This document shows positions 48,199 through 57,717 of a DNA stretch of 64,000 nt, in pieces. A model generated the notes under the pieces. That model did no database searches. It was given only the letters and a program-made list of their open reading frames with translations, and had not been told where the DNA came from. The position numbers and the translations under genes are program-made. Each line of letters opens with the position of its first letter. The stretch's first letter is position 1. The DNA comes from Candidatus Xenobia bacterium (lineage in GTDB: Bacteria > Vulcanimicrobiota > Xenobia > Xenobiales > QWHO01), in NCBI GenBank assembly GCA_045863235.1, contig BTUM01000012.1, positions 32,001 to 96,000 of the forward strand, given 5' to 3'.

Positions 48199-51100
48199 GT
48201 GAACGTGCAGGGGATCGCCTGGTCACTCCCGCCAGCTCAGCCCATCCTTCCCCAGGCCAGCGGCCTGCCGGGGACTGGCCCGACCGACCTGGTCGAGCTG
48301 GCCCGCCTGCCCGTCGCCTCGGCCGGGCCCGAAACCAGGAGCGAGAAGCCGGAGAAGCCGGCCGGTCCGGTCAAGCAGGCCGAGTCGAGCGAGCCAGCGG
48401 AAAGCAAGTCTTCGGTCCCGATCCGGCTGACGCAAGTTGACGAAACCAGCCAGGTCCCCCGCACCGACCCGCTAGAAGCCTGGACATTGCAGCTTCGAAG
48501 GTCGTACCGACGCGAGGAGATCCCGGCCCTCGTCCAGCTGCGCTCGCAGTTGCTCGACGGCAAGCTCGAGGGCAAGGAGTTCCAGCAAGCCGCCGGGCTG
48601 CTGGTCGACCTGACCCACCACTCGGAGGACCAGCTCACATCCCGCATCGCCCGGCGCATTCTCTTTGACCGCTTCCGCTGGCCCGACACGCTCGATGACC
48701 TGAAGGCCAAGGTCGGCCATCCGCAGGGCTGCACCCAGCAACTGCGGGACATGCTCCACGGCATCGACGGGCACAGCGCCGACCGAACCTACCACACGGA
48801 GGAAAGTGTGGGGCTGCTGCTCAGCGGCTTGGAGGACGCTGTTCCCGACCAGGAGACCATCCGGGTGGTGGCTCGCGTGGGGCGAGGCTTCTACCAGCGG
48901 AGCAAGGCCGAGCTCACGCCCGAGATCCGCGAGCACGAAAGCCATGAGCTCGACCGGACCTTCGCTCAGCGAGCCGACCGCCTCTTGCAGAAGTGGCACA
49001 AGGAAGGCCACTTCACCTGGGAGGGGGAGACCAGCCTGGAGCTCGGGCGCGTCGAGGTCTGGCCCGGGCCGATGCTGAAGATCCTGCCCGAGGAGAAGGA
49101 GACCCGGCCCGAGAGCACCGGGCTGCACAAGCAGCTCGACCGGTGGAAGGAAGAAGAGCGGCATGTCGCTCAAGACAAGCTCGCTGAGCTGTGGCGCAAG
49201 GACCGCCCCGAGGCCGAGAGACTCATCGAGCGGCTTCTCATCGATCTCGACCAGCCGGGCCGGGAAGGCTCGCGGCGGATGACCGTCGCCCTGGGCGGAG
49301 CGGCTCGCCATCCCGAGCTGAAGGCCGCCTTCGCTCCCCACCTGGGCACCTTGACCGGCCACGTGGGCCGGGCCCAGGCCCGCGACGAGCTGGCCAGCAA
49401 CAACCTGGTGGGCGCCGCCCGGGTCGACTTTGTGCGCAACCTGGCCGCCGCTTTCCCTCAGGCGGTGACCGAGGAGTGGTACCGCGGCGAAGTCCTGCCC
49501 CTGGTCCTGGCCGAGGAGATCAACACCAGGAACGGCGCTGCCGTCTTTGTGGAGGGGCTGTTCAAGGAGCATCCTGATCTGCGTGACCTGACCATGCAGG
49601 CGGTCACCGCGTATCCCAACGACTTCTATCTCGAGCACTGCTGTCGAAGCGCCCTGGGGGCGGCAGTGAAGACCGGCTGGCAACCCACCGCCGTGCAGAA
49701 GGACTGGCTGGTGAGCTGGCTGCACGTGCCCTACGAGCCCGAAAAGAAAGACGGGCCCTCTCCGCACTCGAGCAACGACGGCTTCCGAGCCGCCGTGAAT
49801 GCCACCTCGGCTTTGCTGGAAAAGGACTCGGGCGCGTTGGAGGGGTGCGAGCTTCCGAACACCAGGGGCCAGATGGTCTCGGTGGCAGAAGCCCTGTTTG
49901 ACCGGCTGGCTCAGCAGGATTTTCCCAGCACCGACTCCTACCGTCGTCAACGCAACAGCGAGCTCTACCGGATTCTGGAGAGCGACCCCGGGCTCAAGGA
50001 GCGGGTCTTTCAGAAGGCGGAGGAGGATTACCGGGCGGCCGGGTCGCTGGTCCGGCTCGACGGCACCGCGACCCGCAGTCTGCAGCTTTTGGGCGAGCTG
50101 GCCCAGCAGCCCTCCGACCAGGAGCGCCTGGCGACCCTGCTGAGCCAGGAAGACACCCGCTCGAACGGGGTGTTCCACGAGCTGGTCAATCGGGTGGTGC
50201 GGATTCCAGAGCGCGCCCGTCTGGCGGAGTCTCTGGGCGAGGAAGGCGTGACGGCCGCCCAGGTCGTCGCCCAGGGCACCCGGAGCGTGCTCCTGGCTCT
50301 GAGACAGGACCCCCATGCTTCCTGGAGCAAGGTGACGGAGGCTCTCAGTCCGGTTCAGCAAGCCGCCTCGGGTTGCTCCCCGGTCGCCCTGCAAGAGCAG
50401 GGCCGCAACCTGGCGGAGCGACTTCTGCCCCGGCTGAGCGCGTGCCAGAACGCGGATGAGCTCAGCCTGCAGCTGTTCAGCGAGGTAGCTGTGCTGGGGG
50501 CTCTGGCGGCAAAGGATGCGGGCGTGCGCAAGATGCTGGAGCCTCTGTCGCCCGAGCTGGATCGACTGGCCGACGGGGGCTGGAACTCGAGCCTGCGAGC
50601 CGTGCATGAGGCGATCCCGCAAATGATTTGCAGCGCTCTGGCCGAGCAGATCGAAGAGACCGCTTCGCCCGACGAGCAGCGTGGGCTGGTGCAGGAGGCC
50701 CTCCCCTGGCCCAAGGCTCTGCACACGGTTCTGGAGTCCTGGAGCGCGGTGTGGAAGCCGCCGGCCGAGGGTCAGGGGAATCTGGGCTGGCTGGAGCGAG
50801 GCTTTGCCTGCCGGACCCAACCCGAGCTGCGGGCCGAGTGGGTCAAAGAGAGCCTGCAGCTCTCCGAGAGCCAGGCCTGGCCGGAAGGCACGAGCTACGC
50901 CTCCTGGTACCTCTGCCCCAAGCTCCAGAAAGACGCGCTGAAGATCCTTCAGCAACCCGGCCCGAGCCTGGAGGAGCGCTCTGCCGCCCTGAGCCTGGCT
51001 CACGACCTCGGCAAACTGACCGGTGAAGGGCCGGAGAAGCTGAAGAGCGCCTTCGAGGCCCACGCCACCGAGTGGGAGAAGGACTTGCTCGCGGCCCATG

Positions 51101-51525
51101 GCGAGCACTTCTCCGAAGCCGTGTCCACCTGCGCCGCCGTGGCGAGCACGCGGGGCGACCGGGAGCAGAACTGGAAGCAGGTGGTCGCGCCCATTCTGGC
51201 CCGCCTGCCTTCCGGGGGCTATCCCCACCTGGCCGAAGCCGTGCGCCTCTCGGGCGACCTGCCCGGCGAGCTGAAGGCCCACCTTGACGACTTCAGCTAC
51301 CTCCTGGGCCGGCTCGGGCCCGAGAGCTCGGGGGAAGCCCTGTCGGTGTTCATCCAGCTCAAGCAGCTCGAAGGCGAGGGAGTGGCTCGTGAAGACGCCC
51401 TGCGGATGGCGCTGGCGGCCTACCTCAACCCCGGCGGGGAGGTGGAAGTCGCTTCGGGAGTGCGCGAAACCCAGAGCTCGGTCCTGATGGGGGGCATCAA
51501 CCTGCGCAAGAAGGCCCGCAGCTAG
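48199..51525 (+). CDS. large hypothetical, predicted mostly alpha-helical protein
   Basis: 1108-aa ORF with plausible composition; no recognised family. Confidence 0.75.
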   Translation: MNVQGIAWSLPPAQPILPQASGLPGTGPTDLVELARLPVASAGPETRSEKPEKPAGPVKQAESSEPAESKSSVPIRLTQVDETSQVPRTDPLEAWTLQLRRSYRREEIPALVQLRSQLLDGKLEGKEFQQAAGLLVDLTHHSEDQLTSRIARRILFDRFRWPDTLDDLKAKVGHPQGCTQQLRDMLHGIDGHSADRTYHTEESVGLLLSGLEDAVPDQETIRVVARVGRGFYQRSKAELTPEIREHESHELDRTFAQRADRLLQKWHKEGHFTWEGETSLELGRVEVWPGPMLKILPEEKETRPESTGLHKQLDRWKEEERHVAQDKLAELWRKDRPEAERLIERLLIDLDQPGREGSRRMTVALGGAARHPELKAAFAPHLGTLTGHVGRAQARDELASNNLVGAARVDFVRNLAAAFPQAVTEEWYRGEVLPLVLAEEINTRNGAAVFVEGLFKEHPDLRDLTMQAVTAYPNDFYLEHCCRSALGAAVKTGWQPTAVQKDWLVSWLHVPYEPEKKDGPSPHSSNDGFRAAVNATSALLEKDSGALEGCELPNTRGQMVSVAEALFDRLAQQDFPSTDSYRRQRNSELYRILESDPGLKERVFQKAEEDYRAAGSLVRLDGTATRSLQLLGELAQQPSDQERLATLLSQEDTRSNGVFHELVNRVVRIPERARLAESLGEEGVTAAQVVAQGTRSVLLALRQDPHASWSKVTEALSPVQQAASGCSPVALQEQGRNLAERLLPRLSACQNADELSLQLFSEVAVLGALAAKDAGVRKMLEPLSPELDRLADGGWNSSLRAVHEAIPQMICSALAEQIEETASPDEQRGLVQEALPWPKALHTVLESWSAVWKPPAEGQGNLGWLERGFACRTQPELRAEWVKESLQLSESQAWPEGTSYASWYLCPKLQKDALKILQQPGPSLEERSAALSLAHDLGKLTGEGPEKLKSAFEAHATEWEKDLLAAHGEHFSEAVSTCAAVASTRGDREQNWKQVVAPILARLPSGGYPHLAEAVRLSGDLPGELKAHLDDFSYLLGRLGPESSGEALSVFIQLKQLEGEGVAREDALRMALAAYLNPGGEVEVASGVRETQSSVLMGGINLRKKARS

Positions 51526-51575
51526 ACCAGAGAGAATCCCCGGCCCGGCGAACAATCGGAAGGGGGATCCAGAGC

Positions 51576-52028
51576 ATGGGTCTTTTTGACAAGGTATTCG
51601 GAGTCAATCGCGCCGGAGCGGCCACCGCGGCCCTCGACGGCAAGGAGTCGGTGGCCGCGCTGATGCTGGCCACGGTGGCAGCCGACGGGGTGATCACCGA
51701 GGACGAGTTGACCGGCTTTACCAACGCGGTGAACCGCATGAGCATGTTCCGGGCCATGGGCCAGGCTGGTTTCAGCAAGATGCTGCAGAAGCTGCTGGGC
51801 ATGTTGAAGAAGGACGGGCCGGACGGTCTGGTGGGAGCGGCCGTGAACTCGGTTCCCCCCGACTATCGCGAGACCGCCTTTGCGCTCTGCGCCGACCTGG
51901 TGATGGGCGACGGCGAGGTGGACCCGGCCGAGGAGAAGCTGCTCGACCAGATGTACAAGGCGCTGGGCGTGAGCGAGGAGCTGGCCCACAAGGTCATCCA
52001 GGTGATGGCCATCAAGAACAAGGTCTGA
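51576..52028 (+). CDS. TerB-family protein
   Basis: AADG..T.DE and MGDGEVDPAEE motifs. Confidence 0.85.
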   Translation: MGLFDKVFGVNRAGAATAALDGKESVAALMLATVAADGVITEDELTGFTNAVNRMSMFRAMGQAGFSKMLQKLLGMLKKDGPDGLVGAAVNSVPPDYRETAFALCADLVMGDGEVDPAEEKLLDQMYKALGVSEELAHKVIQVMAIKNKV

Positions 52029-52040
52029 GCCAACCTCTGC

Positions 52041-52069
52041 AAAGGCCCCGCCTCGAGCGGGGCTTTTTT
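52041..52069. terminator. bidirectional intrinsic terminator
   Basis: AAAGGCCCCGC-CTCGA-GCGGGGCTTTTTT. Confidence 0.85.
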
Positions 52070-54303
52070 CATTTGCCCTGCAGCCTCTTGAACTCGCGCT
52101 CCAGGGCTCCGAGCCAGCCATCCAGGCGGTCCTCGGGGGGGGCCCAGCCCCACTGGATCTCGCCCAGGCTGTTGAGAAAGCCGACCGCCTCGACGTGGGC
52201 CCCGCCGGGGTCGGGGCCGAGGTCGGGCCGCATGCGAGGGAAGCGCTCCTGCACCACGTTGAGCTGCAGCTTGAGCCCTTCGCGGATCAGCACCAGCTGG
52301 TAGGGAGGCACTGAGCGCAGGGGAGCGATCAGCACCTCGTCCTCCAGCTTGCCGGCCAGCAGATCGCGACCCTGGCTCTCGGGCACGCTGACGTTCTGGC
52401 CGGTGACCAGGTGGAGCGCGGTGGGCAAGAGATCCATATGGCAGGTGGCCGTGCGGATCCGGCCGGGCTGCACGCCCCGGCCGAGGATGAAGCAGGGCAC
52501 CCGGCACTGGATATCGGAAGCCCGCGTGCCGTGAGCCAGGGTGGTGTCCTCCCAGAAGCTCTCGCCGTGATCGCCGGTCACGATGATGACCGTGTTCTCC
52601 AGGTCGAGCTCGGACAGCATGGAGTCGATCTCGGCCTCGAGGTAGGCCACGCTGTTGGCGTAGCGATTCTTGATCAGCACCGGGTCGGCCAGGGTGAAGT
52701 CCTGCAGCCCGACGGTGGTGAGGCTGGGCTCGCGCAGCGCAAAGTCAGGCGGATAGGCGTACGGAAAGTGAGTGGACTGCGGGAAGCAGAAGATGAACTG
52801 GGGCCGGCTGGCGGTGCGCAGGCGCTCAGGCAGCGAGCTGACCATCTCGTGGTCGGACTGGATCCAGTATTCCCAGCCCGTCTTGTCGGGCGGGTTGACC
52901 CACATCTCGTCGAAGGTGGGCTGGCTCAGGAAGCGCTCGAGCCACTTCCAGCCCCGGAAGGCCGAGCCGGCCATCAGCCGGCAGTCGTAGCCGGCGTTGC
53001 GCAGGATCTGGTTGAAGAGCGGGGGGGCGTGGTGGGCCAGATCGCGCTTGTAGAAGATGGGGTTTCGGGCGTAGAGCAGGGAGTACATGCCCAGATGGCT
53101 GGTGTTGGAGCCGGAGTAGTGCTGCTCCAGCACCAGCCCGCGCTGCATCCACTTCCAGAGCCGGGGGGTCTCGGTGGGACCGACCGAGTTGAAGCGCCAG
53201 CTCTCGAGCAAGAGCAACACCACGTGCACCGGCTTGCCTTCAGGAGTGATCGTGGTGCGCAGCTCGGGGGGGCGCTGCAGGGCCGGGCCCAGCCGCTCGA
53301 GCTCGGGCTTGGCCCGATCTTGCAGCTGGCGCAGGAAGGGCGTTCCCAGGCGAGGGTCGAGGAAGGCGATGGGGACGCCCGTCTCGACCTGCTCGGGGCG
53401 GTACTGCACCTGGTCGATCAAGCGCTGCCCCTGGAGCAAGCTGACCACGTCCTCGGACTCGGCCAGCTTGACCGGCACGCTCAGGGTCTCGCCGGCCGGA
53501 AGGCGGCCCTGGAGGGGCAGCGAGACGCCCGACCGGGTGACCAGCGACCAGCCGGTCAGGTCCAGCTCGCCACCCAGGTTGCGCAGCAGCGCGTGCGCCT
53601 GCTGGCCGGCTCCGGGGCGCGGCAGGACGGAGACCAGGGCCACCGGGCGAGGGTGGACCAGCGACCAGCTCTGCAGGGCCAGCCAGCGAAGCTCGGGATG
53701 GCGGGTAGGCAGGTGCAGGTAGGTCCGGGCGATCAGGTAGGGGTCGCTGAAAAGGAGCGGCAGCAGCGCGGCCAGCACCAGGCTGGCCGGGTAGAGAGCC
53801 ACCAGCAACCGATAGCGCAGGCTCTCGGCCAGCCAGCTGCTGACCCGGGCCACCGAGACCACCAGCACCAGAAGGCCCAGCACCGTGAAAATCACCGGCA
53901 GGGCGATGGCCGCGCCCCCGCCGGCAAACTTCATGCCTTCGCCGGGAGGCGAGTTGAGCACGTCCACGCCGAACCAGAGGAAAGGCATGATGTGGGTGCC
54001 CAGCATTTTCTGGCAGGCCAGGTCGAGCCCCAGGAAGCCGAGCAGGGCCAGCCAGCTCGAGACGGCCACCGCCGCCGCCCAGCGCGGATGGCCGCGCCGG
54101 GCCAGCCAGCACGAGACCAGGGTGGGCAGGGCCAGCAACCAGAGGTTGCGCAGAAAGAGCAGCCCGAACAATCCCAACCGGTCGGCGAGAGGATTGGAGA
54201 GGCGCTGATCCAGCTGCAGCACCAGCTGGTAGTGCTGCCATTCGGTCAGGCTCCAGAGAAAGGCCGAGAACCAACCGAACATGAGGGCGGTGCGGGTTTT
54301 CAC
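52069..54303 (-). CDS. membrane-anchored sulfatase-like (YejM/LtaS-type) transferase with inserted beta domain
   Basis: Five TM helices; LLESWR, HYSGSNTS, THFPY, TGDHGE, HMDLLPT. Confidence 0.82.
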   Translation of the reverse strand: MKTRTALMFGWFSAFLWSLTEWQHYQLVLQLDQRLSNPLADRLGLFGLLFLRNLWLLALPTLVSCWLARRGHPRWAAAVAVSSWLALLGFLGLDLACQKMLGTHIMPFLWFGVDVLNSPPGEGMKFAGGGAAIALPVIFTVLGLLVLVVSVARVSSWLAESLRYRLLVALYPASLVLAALLPLLFSDPYLIARTYLHLPTRHPELRWLALQSWSLVHPRPVALVSVLPRPGAGQQAHALLRNLGGELDLTGWSLVTRSGVSLPLQGRLPAGETLSVPVKLAESEDVVSLLQGQRLIDQVQYRPEQVETGVPIAFLDPRLGTPFLRQLQDRAKPELERLGPALQRPPELRTTITPEGKPVHVVLLLLESWRFNSVGPTETPRLWKWMQRGLVLEQHYSGSNTSHLGMYSLLYARNPIFYKRDLAHHAPPLFNQILRNAGYDCRLMAGSAFRGWKWLERFLSQPTFDEMWVNPPDKTGWEYWIQSDHEMVSSLPERLRTASRPQFIFCFPQSTHFPYAYPPDFALREPSLTTVGLQDFTLADPVLIKNRYANSVAYLEAEIDSMLSELDLENTVIIVTGDHGESFWEDTTLAHGTRASDIQCRVPCFILGRGVQPGRIRTATCHMDLLPTALHLVTGQNVSVPESQGRDLLAGKLEDEVLIAPLRSVPPYQLVLIREGLKLQLNVVQERFPRMRPDLGPDPGGAHVEAVGFLNSLGEIQWGWAPPEDRLDGWLGALEREFKRLQGK

Positions 54304-54377
54304 TCGCCCTGATTAGGCTTCCAGCGGGGCAATCCTCCAGCGAGGCCCGCGGCCCCCGTCTCGCGAAGTTCTCGCTC

Positions 54378-55379
54378 GTGTCCGAGTTTCGCCAGAATCC
54401 AGCCACCCGGGAATGGATCCTGTTCGCCCCCGAGCGCTCCCGCCGGCCAGCGAAAAAGCAACGGCGGCCTCCCACCCCGCCCCGCCTGGTCCATGATCCC
54501 GAGTGCCCGCTCTGCCCGGGCCAGGAGCAAACCTGCACGCCCGGCGAGACACTGCGCTACCTGGACTCCTCCGGCGAATGGACCGTGCGCAGCTTTCCCA
54601 ACAAATTCCCGGCCGTCCAGCCCAGGGAGCTGGCCGACCGCAGTGGCAGCCTGCTGGAGCGGCGCATGCCGGCCGCCGGCCATCACGAGGTGATCTGCGA
54701 GTCGCGCCGGCACAACGCTACTCTGGCCCGCATGCAGCCGGCCGAGGTGGAGCAGGTGGTGCGGGCCTGGTATGAGCGCATCCACGCTTTGCGCCTCTAC
54801 AAGCTGACCGACTATGTGAGCCTGTTCAAGAACTACGGCGTTCGGGCCGGAACCTCTCTCGAGCATCCCCACTCACAGATCGTGACTCTGCCGATGGTGC
54901 CCTGGCAGGTTCGCCACCGCCTCGAGGGAGCGGCCCGCTACTACGACGACAACGGTCGCTGCATCTGGTGCGACCTCTTGCACGAGGAGCGCGAGGCGGG
55001 CCTGCGGCTGGTCGCGGAGCGGCCTGGATTCACCGCTTTCGTGCCCTATGCCACCTATCGGCCCAGCACCGTCTGGCTGGTCCCCCACGCCCACGCCGGC
55101 TGCTTCAGCCTGGCCCAGCCCGACCAGCTGCCGGCTCTGGCCTCCCTGCTGCATGAGGTGCTTTACCGGCTGGACCAGGCACTGAAGGATCCCCCCTTCA
55201 ACCTGGTCTTCCGGGTGGGCAGCCGGGGGCATCTACGGACCGAGTATTGCCACTGGTATCTTGCCATCGTGCCCCGGTTGAGCAAGATGTCGGGCTTTGA
55301 GCTGGGCACGGGGATGTACATCAACACCTCCTGGCCTGAGCAGGATGCCGACAAGCTGCGCACAGTGCGTTATCCCTGA
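54378..55379 (+). CDS. galT: galactose-1-phosphate uridylyltransferase family protein
   Basis: RQNPAT.EW, CPLCPG, NKFPA, HEVI, GTSLEHPHSQ, GFELGTG. Confidence 0.88.
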   Translation: MSEFRQNPATREWILFAPERSRRPAKKQRRPPTPPRLVHDPECPLCPGQEQTCTPGETLRYLDSSGEWTVRSFPNKFPAVQPRELADRSGSLLERRMPAAGHHEVICESRRHNATLARMQPAEVEQVVRAWYERIHALRLYKLTDYVSLFKNYGVRAGTSLEHPHSQIVTLPMVPWQVRHRLEGAARYYDDNGRCIWCDLLHEEREAGLRLVAERPGFTAFVPYATYRPSTVWLVPHAHAGCFSLAQPDQLPALASLLHEVLYRLDQALKDPPFNLVFRVGSRGHLRTEYCHWYLAIVPRLSKMSGFELGTGMYINTSWPEQDADKLRTVRYP

Positions 55380-56794
55380 TTGACACGGGCCCGGCGCCGC
55401 CTGGAGTCGACCAGCGAGGCGGCCCCACAGACGAGCAGGGTCAAGATCAGGTAGCTGGCCGGACAGAGTGCGCCCAGCAGGACCCTCTCGCCCTTCCAGT
55501 AGCCGAAGGGCACCTCGGGCGAGGCGGCAGTGACCGATACCAGGCTGTACATCGGGGACAGGTGGACCAGGCTCCACCAGGGCGCCCAGGGGCGGTCCAG
55601 ACAGAGCAGCAGGCCCACGGCCGGGGTGCCGAAAATCAGGGCCAGCCAGAAGAAGTAGAGCAGTCGGAAGGGGGCCCGGGGCCAGGCCTTAGCCACCGCC
55701 CGCACCACCGCCGAGGTCGACCACAAGATGACGATGGAGGTGCCGCTCAGACAGATCAGCATGGCCGGCTGATCGCCCTCGAGGTACGGTCCAACGTTCA
55801 GAGCGATCATGCCCAGCGAGAACAGGACCGTCCACACCCACCAGCGCGAGCCCGGGTATCGCTCGAACTCGTGCTGATCGCGCCGGGTGCGATACTCGGG
55901 ACGATTCAAAAAGCAGCCCAACAAGACCAGGTTGAGGGCCGAGAGCCAGCTCCACAGCTGAGCCCAATCGCTCTCCTCTTGGAAGTGCTGGCCCAGGTAG
56001 TAGGAAAAGCAGGCCACGTCGACCACATACCAGACCAGAAATAGAAGCCCCATCTGGCGGGGATAGCGGGCCCTGGGCTCGAGGTGGTTGAGGGTCTTGA
56101 GGAAGAAGAACATCGACAGGCAGAGCAGGTTGAAGGCCAGCCAGCTATAGCCTTTCCACGGGTGCTGGAAGAGGGCTTCCACCAGCGAGCTGAGCCACGG
56201 CACGGTGGCCATGAACCAGAGGAGCAGGGGGAACCCGACCGCCAGGCTGGCATAAGTCTGGGTGGTGGCATAACCGCTGCGCTTCTCGCGGGCCGAGAGC
56301 ATGAGACCGAACTGCACCAGCAAGATGGTGAACCAGAAGAGGAGGAAAGCGATCAGGCCAAGTCCCTGGATGGTGCCGCCCCCCAGCACCAGGCTTAAGA
56401 CTCCCATGGGAAGACCGCCCAGCAGCAGGAGGAAGGAGAGGAGCAAGGCGTGCAGCAGCTTCCCGGCCACGATCTGGGCCGGGCTGGCTCCCCCCACCAG
56501 CAACAGGTCCAGGCTGTTGCGTTCTTTCTCGCCGCTGATGGCGGCGCTGGAGAAGGCCGGTGTGACCAGCAAGAGCACGGCAGACTGCAGCAGGATCAAC
56601 ACTCCCACCAGTTGGGAGGCCTCCATGCGCAGCGACCAGTAGTCGGTCTGGCTGTCGAGGTTGCGCAGCGAGAAGAGGGTGACGCCGCAGGCCAGGGCCA
56701 GGTAGATCACCTGCATCCAGACGAACTTTCTCTCCCGGAGGCCAATGCGCAGCTCCTTGCGAAAAAGGGGGTTCTTGAGCCAGACAGCCTTCAC
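55370..56794 (-). CDS. ABC-2-type transporter permease
   Basis: NPLFRKELR, AISGEKERNSLDLL, many TM helices. Confidence 0.85.
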   Translation of the reverse strand: MKAVWLKNPLFRKELRIGLRERKFVWMQVIYLALACGVTLFSLRNLDSQTDYWSLRMEASQLVGVLILLQSAVLLLVTPAFSSAAISGEKERNSLDLLLVGGASPAQIVAGKLLHALLLSFLLLLGGLPMGVLSLVLGGGTIQGLGLIAFLLFWFTILLVQFGLMLSAREKRSGYATTQTYASLAVGFPLLLWFMATVPWLSSLVEALFQHPWKGYSWLAFNLLCLSMFFFLKTLNHLEPRARYPRQMGLLFLVWYVVDVACFSYYLGQHFQEESDWAQLWSWLSALNLVLLGCFLNRPEYRTRRDQHEFERYPGSRWWVWTVLFSLGMIALNVGPYLEGDQPAMLICLSGTSIVILWSTSAVVRAVAKAWPRAPFRLLYFFWLALIFGTPAVGLLLCLDRPWAPWWSLVHLSPMYSLVSVTAASPEVPFGYWKGERVLLGALCPASYLILTLLVCGAASLVDSRRRRARVNQG

Positions 56795-57717
56795 TCCGAG
56801 CCACCGCCCCGGGTCAGGGAGAGATAGGCGCTCTCGAGGTCGGTCCGGACAGGAACCAGCTCACACGGCTCGAGATCCTGCAGGGCCAGGGTCTTGAGAA
56901 GGGCGGCGGCGGCCTGGGGTCCGCCCGCCAGGCGGAAGGAGAACAGGCCGTCTTCCAGGCACTCGAGCTCTGCGGCTCCGGCCGCCAGCAAGAGCTCGGA
57001 GGCACGCTGGGCCGAGCCCAGCACGCGCAGCTGATAGCCCTCGCAAGCGGCCCGGTGGAGCACCTCGTCCAGGGTGCCGAAGGCCACCAGCTTGCCTTCC
57101 TCGAGAATGCCGACGCGTGTGCAGAAGTCGGCCAGCTCGGGCAGGATGTGCGAGGAGACCAGGATGGTCTTGCCCATGCGGCGCAGCTCGCGCAGCAGCT
57201 CCTTGAGCTCGGAGCGGGCGCGCGGGTCGAGGCCCGAGGCGGGCTCGTCCAGAATCAGCACCTGCGGATCGTGCAGCAGGGTGCGGGCCAGGCAGAGGCG
57301 TTGGCGCATCCCTTTGGAGAGGTGCTCGGTGAAGGCCTCGCGACGCCCTCCGAGGTCGGTCAGATCGAGCACGTCGGCGATCAGGCGCTGGCGGCGGGCC
57401 GAGCCGAAGCCGTGCAGCTCGGCGAAGAGATCGAGGTACTCCCACACTTTCAGGCCATCGTAGAGCCCGAACTGGTCGGGCATGAAACCGATGGCCTGGC
57501 GCACCCTCTCGGGCTCCTCGCGCACCGAGATGCCGGCCACATAGGCCTCGCCTTCGCTTGGCTCGAGCAGGGTGGCCAGGATGCGAATGGTCGTGGTCTT
57601 GCCGGCTCCGTTGGGACCGATGAAGGCGAAGGTGTCCTGAGGCTCGATGCGCATGCTGAGCGCGTCCAGCGCCACCTGCTCGCCGTAGCGATGAGTTACT
57701 TCGACCAGCTCGATCAT
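56791..57717 (-). CDS. ABC transporter ATP-binding protein
   Basis: GPNGAGKTT, LSKGM, ILDEP, SSH. Confidence 0.95.
   Translation of the reverse strand: MIELVEVTHRYGEQVALDALSMRIEPQDTFAFIGPNGAGKTTTIRILATLLEPSEGEAYVAGISVREEPERVRQAIGFMPDQFGLYDGLKVWEYLDLFAELHGFGSARRQRLIADVLDLTDLGGRREAFTEHLSKGMRQRLCLARTLLHDPQVLILDEPASGLDPRARSELKELLRELRRMGKTILVSSHILPELADFCTRVGILEEGKLVAFGTLDEVLHRAACEGYQLRVLGSAQRASELLLAAGAAELECLEDGLFSFRLAGGPQAAAALLKTLALQDLEPCELVPVRTDLESAYLSLTRGGGSE

Noticed and set aside
48472..51555. Very long antisense ORFs (1027 aa here; also 35218-38010, 22344-24248, 52411-54312)
   Set aside because: They mirror better-supported genes on the other strand; such shadow ORFs are expected at this GC content and show no motifs.
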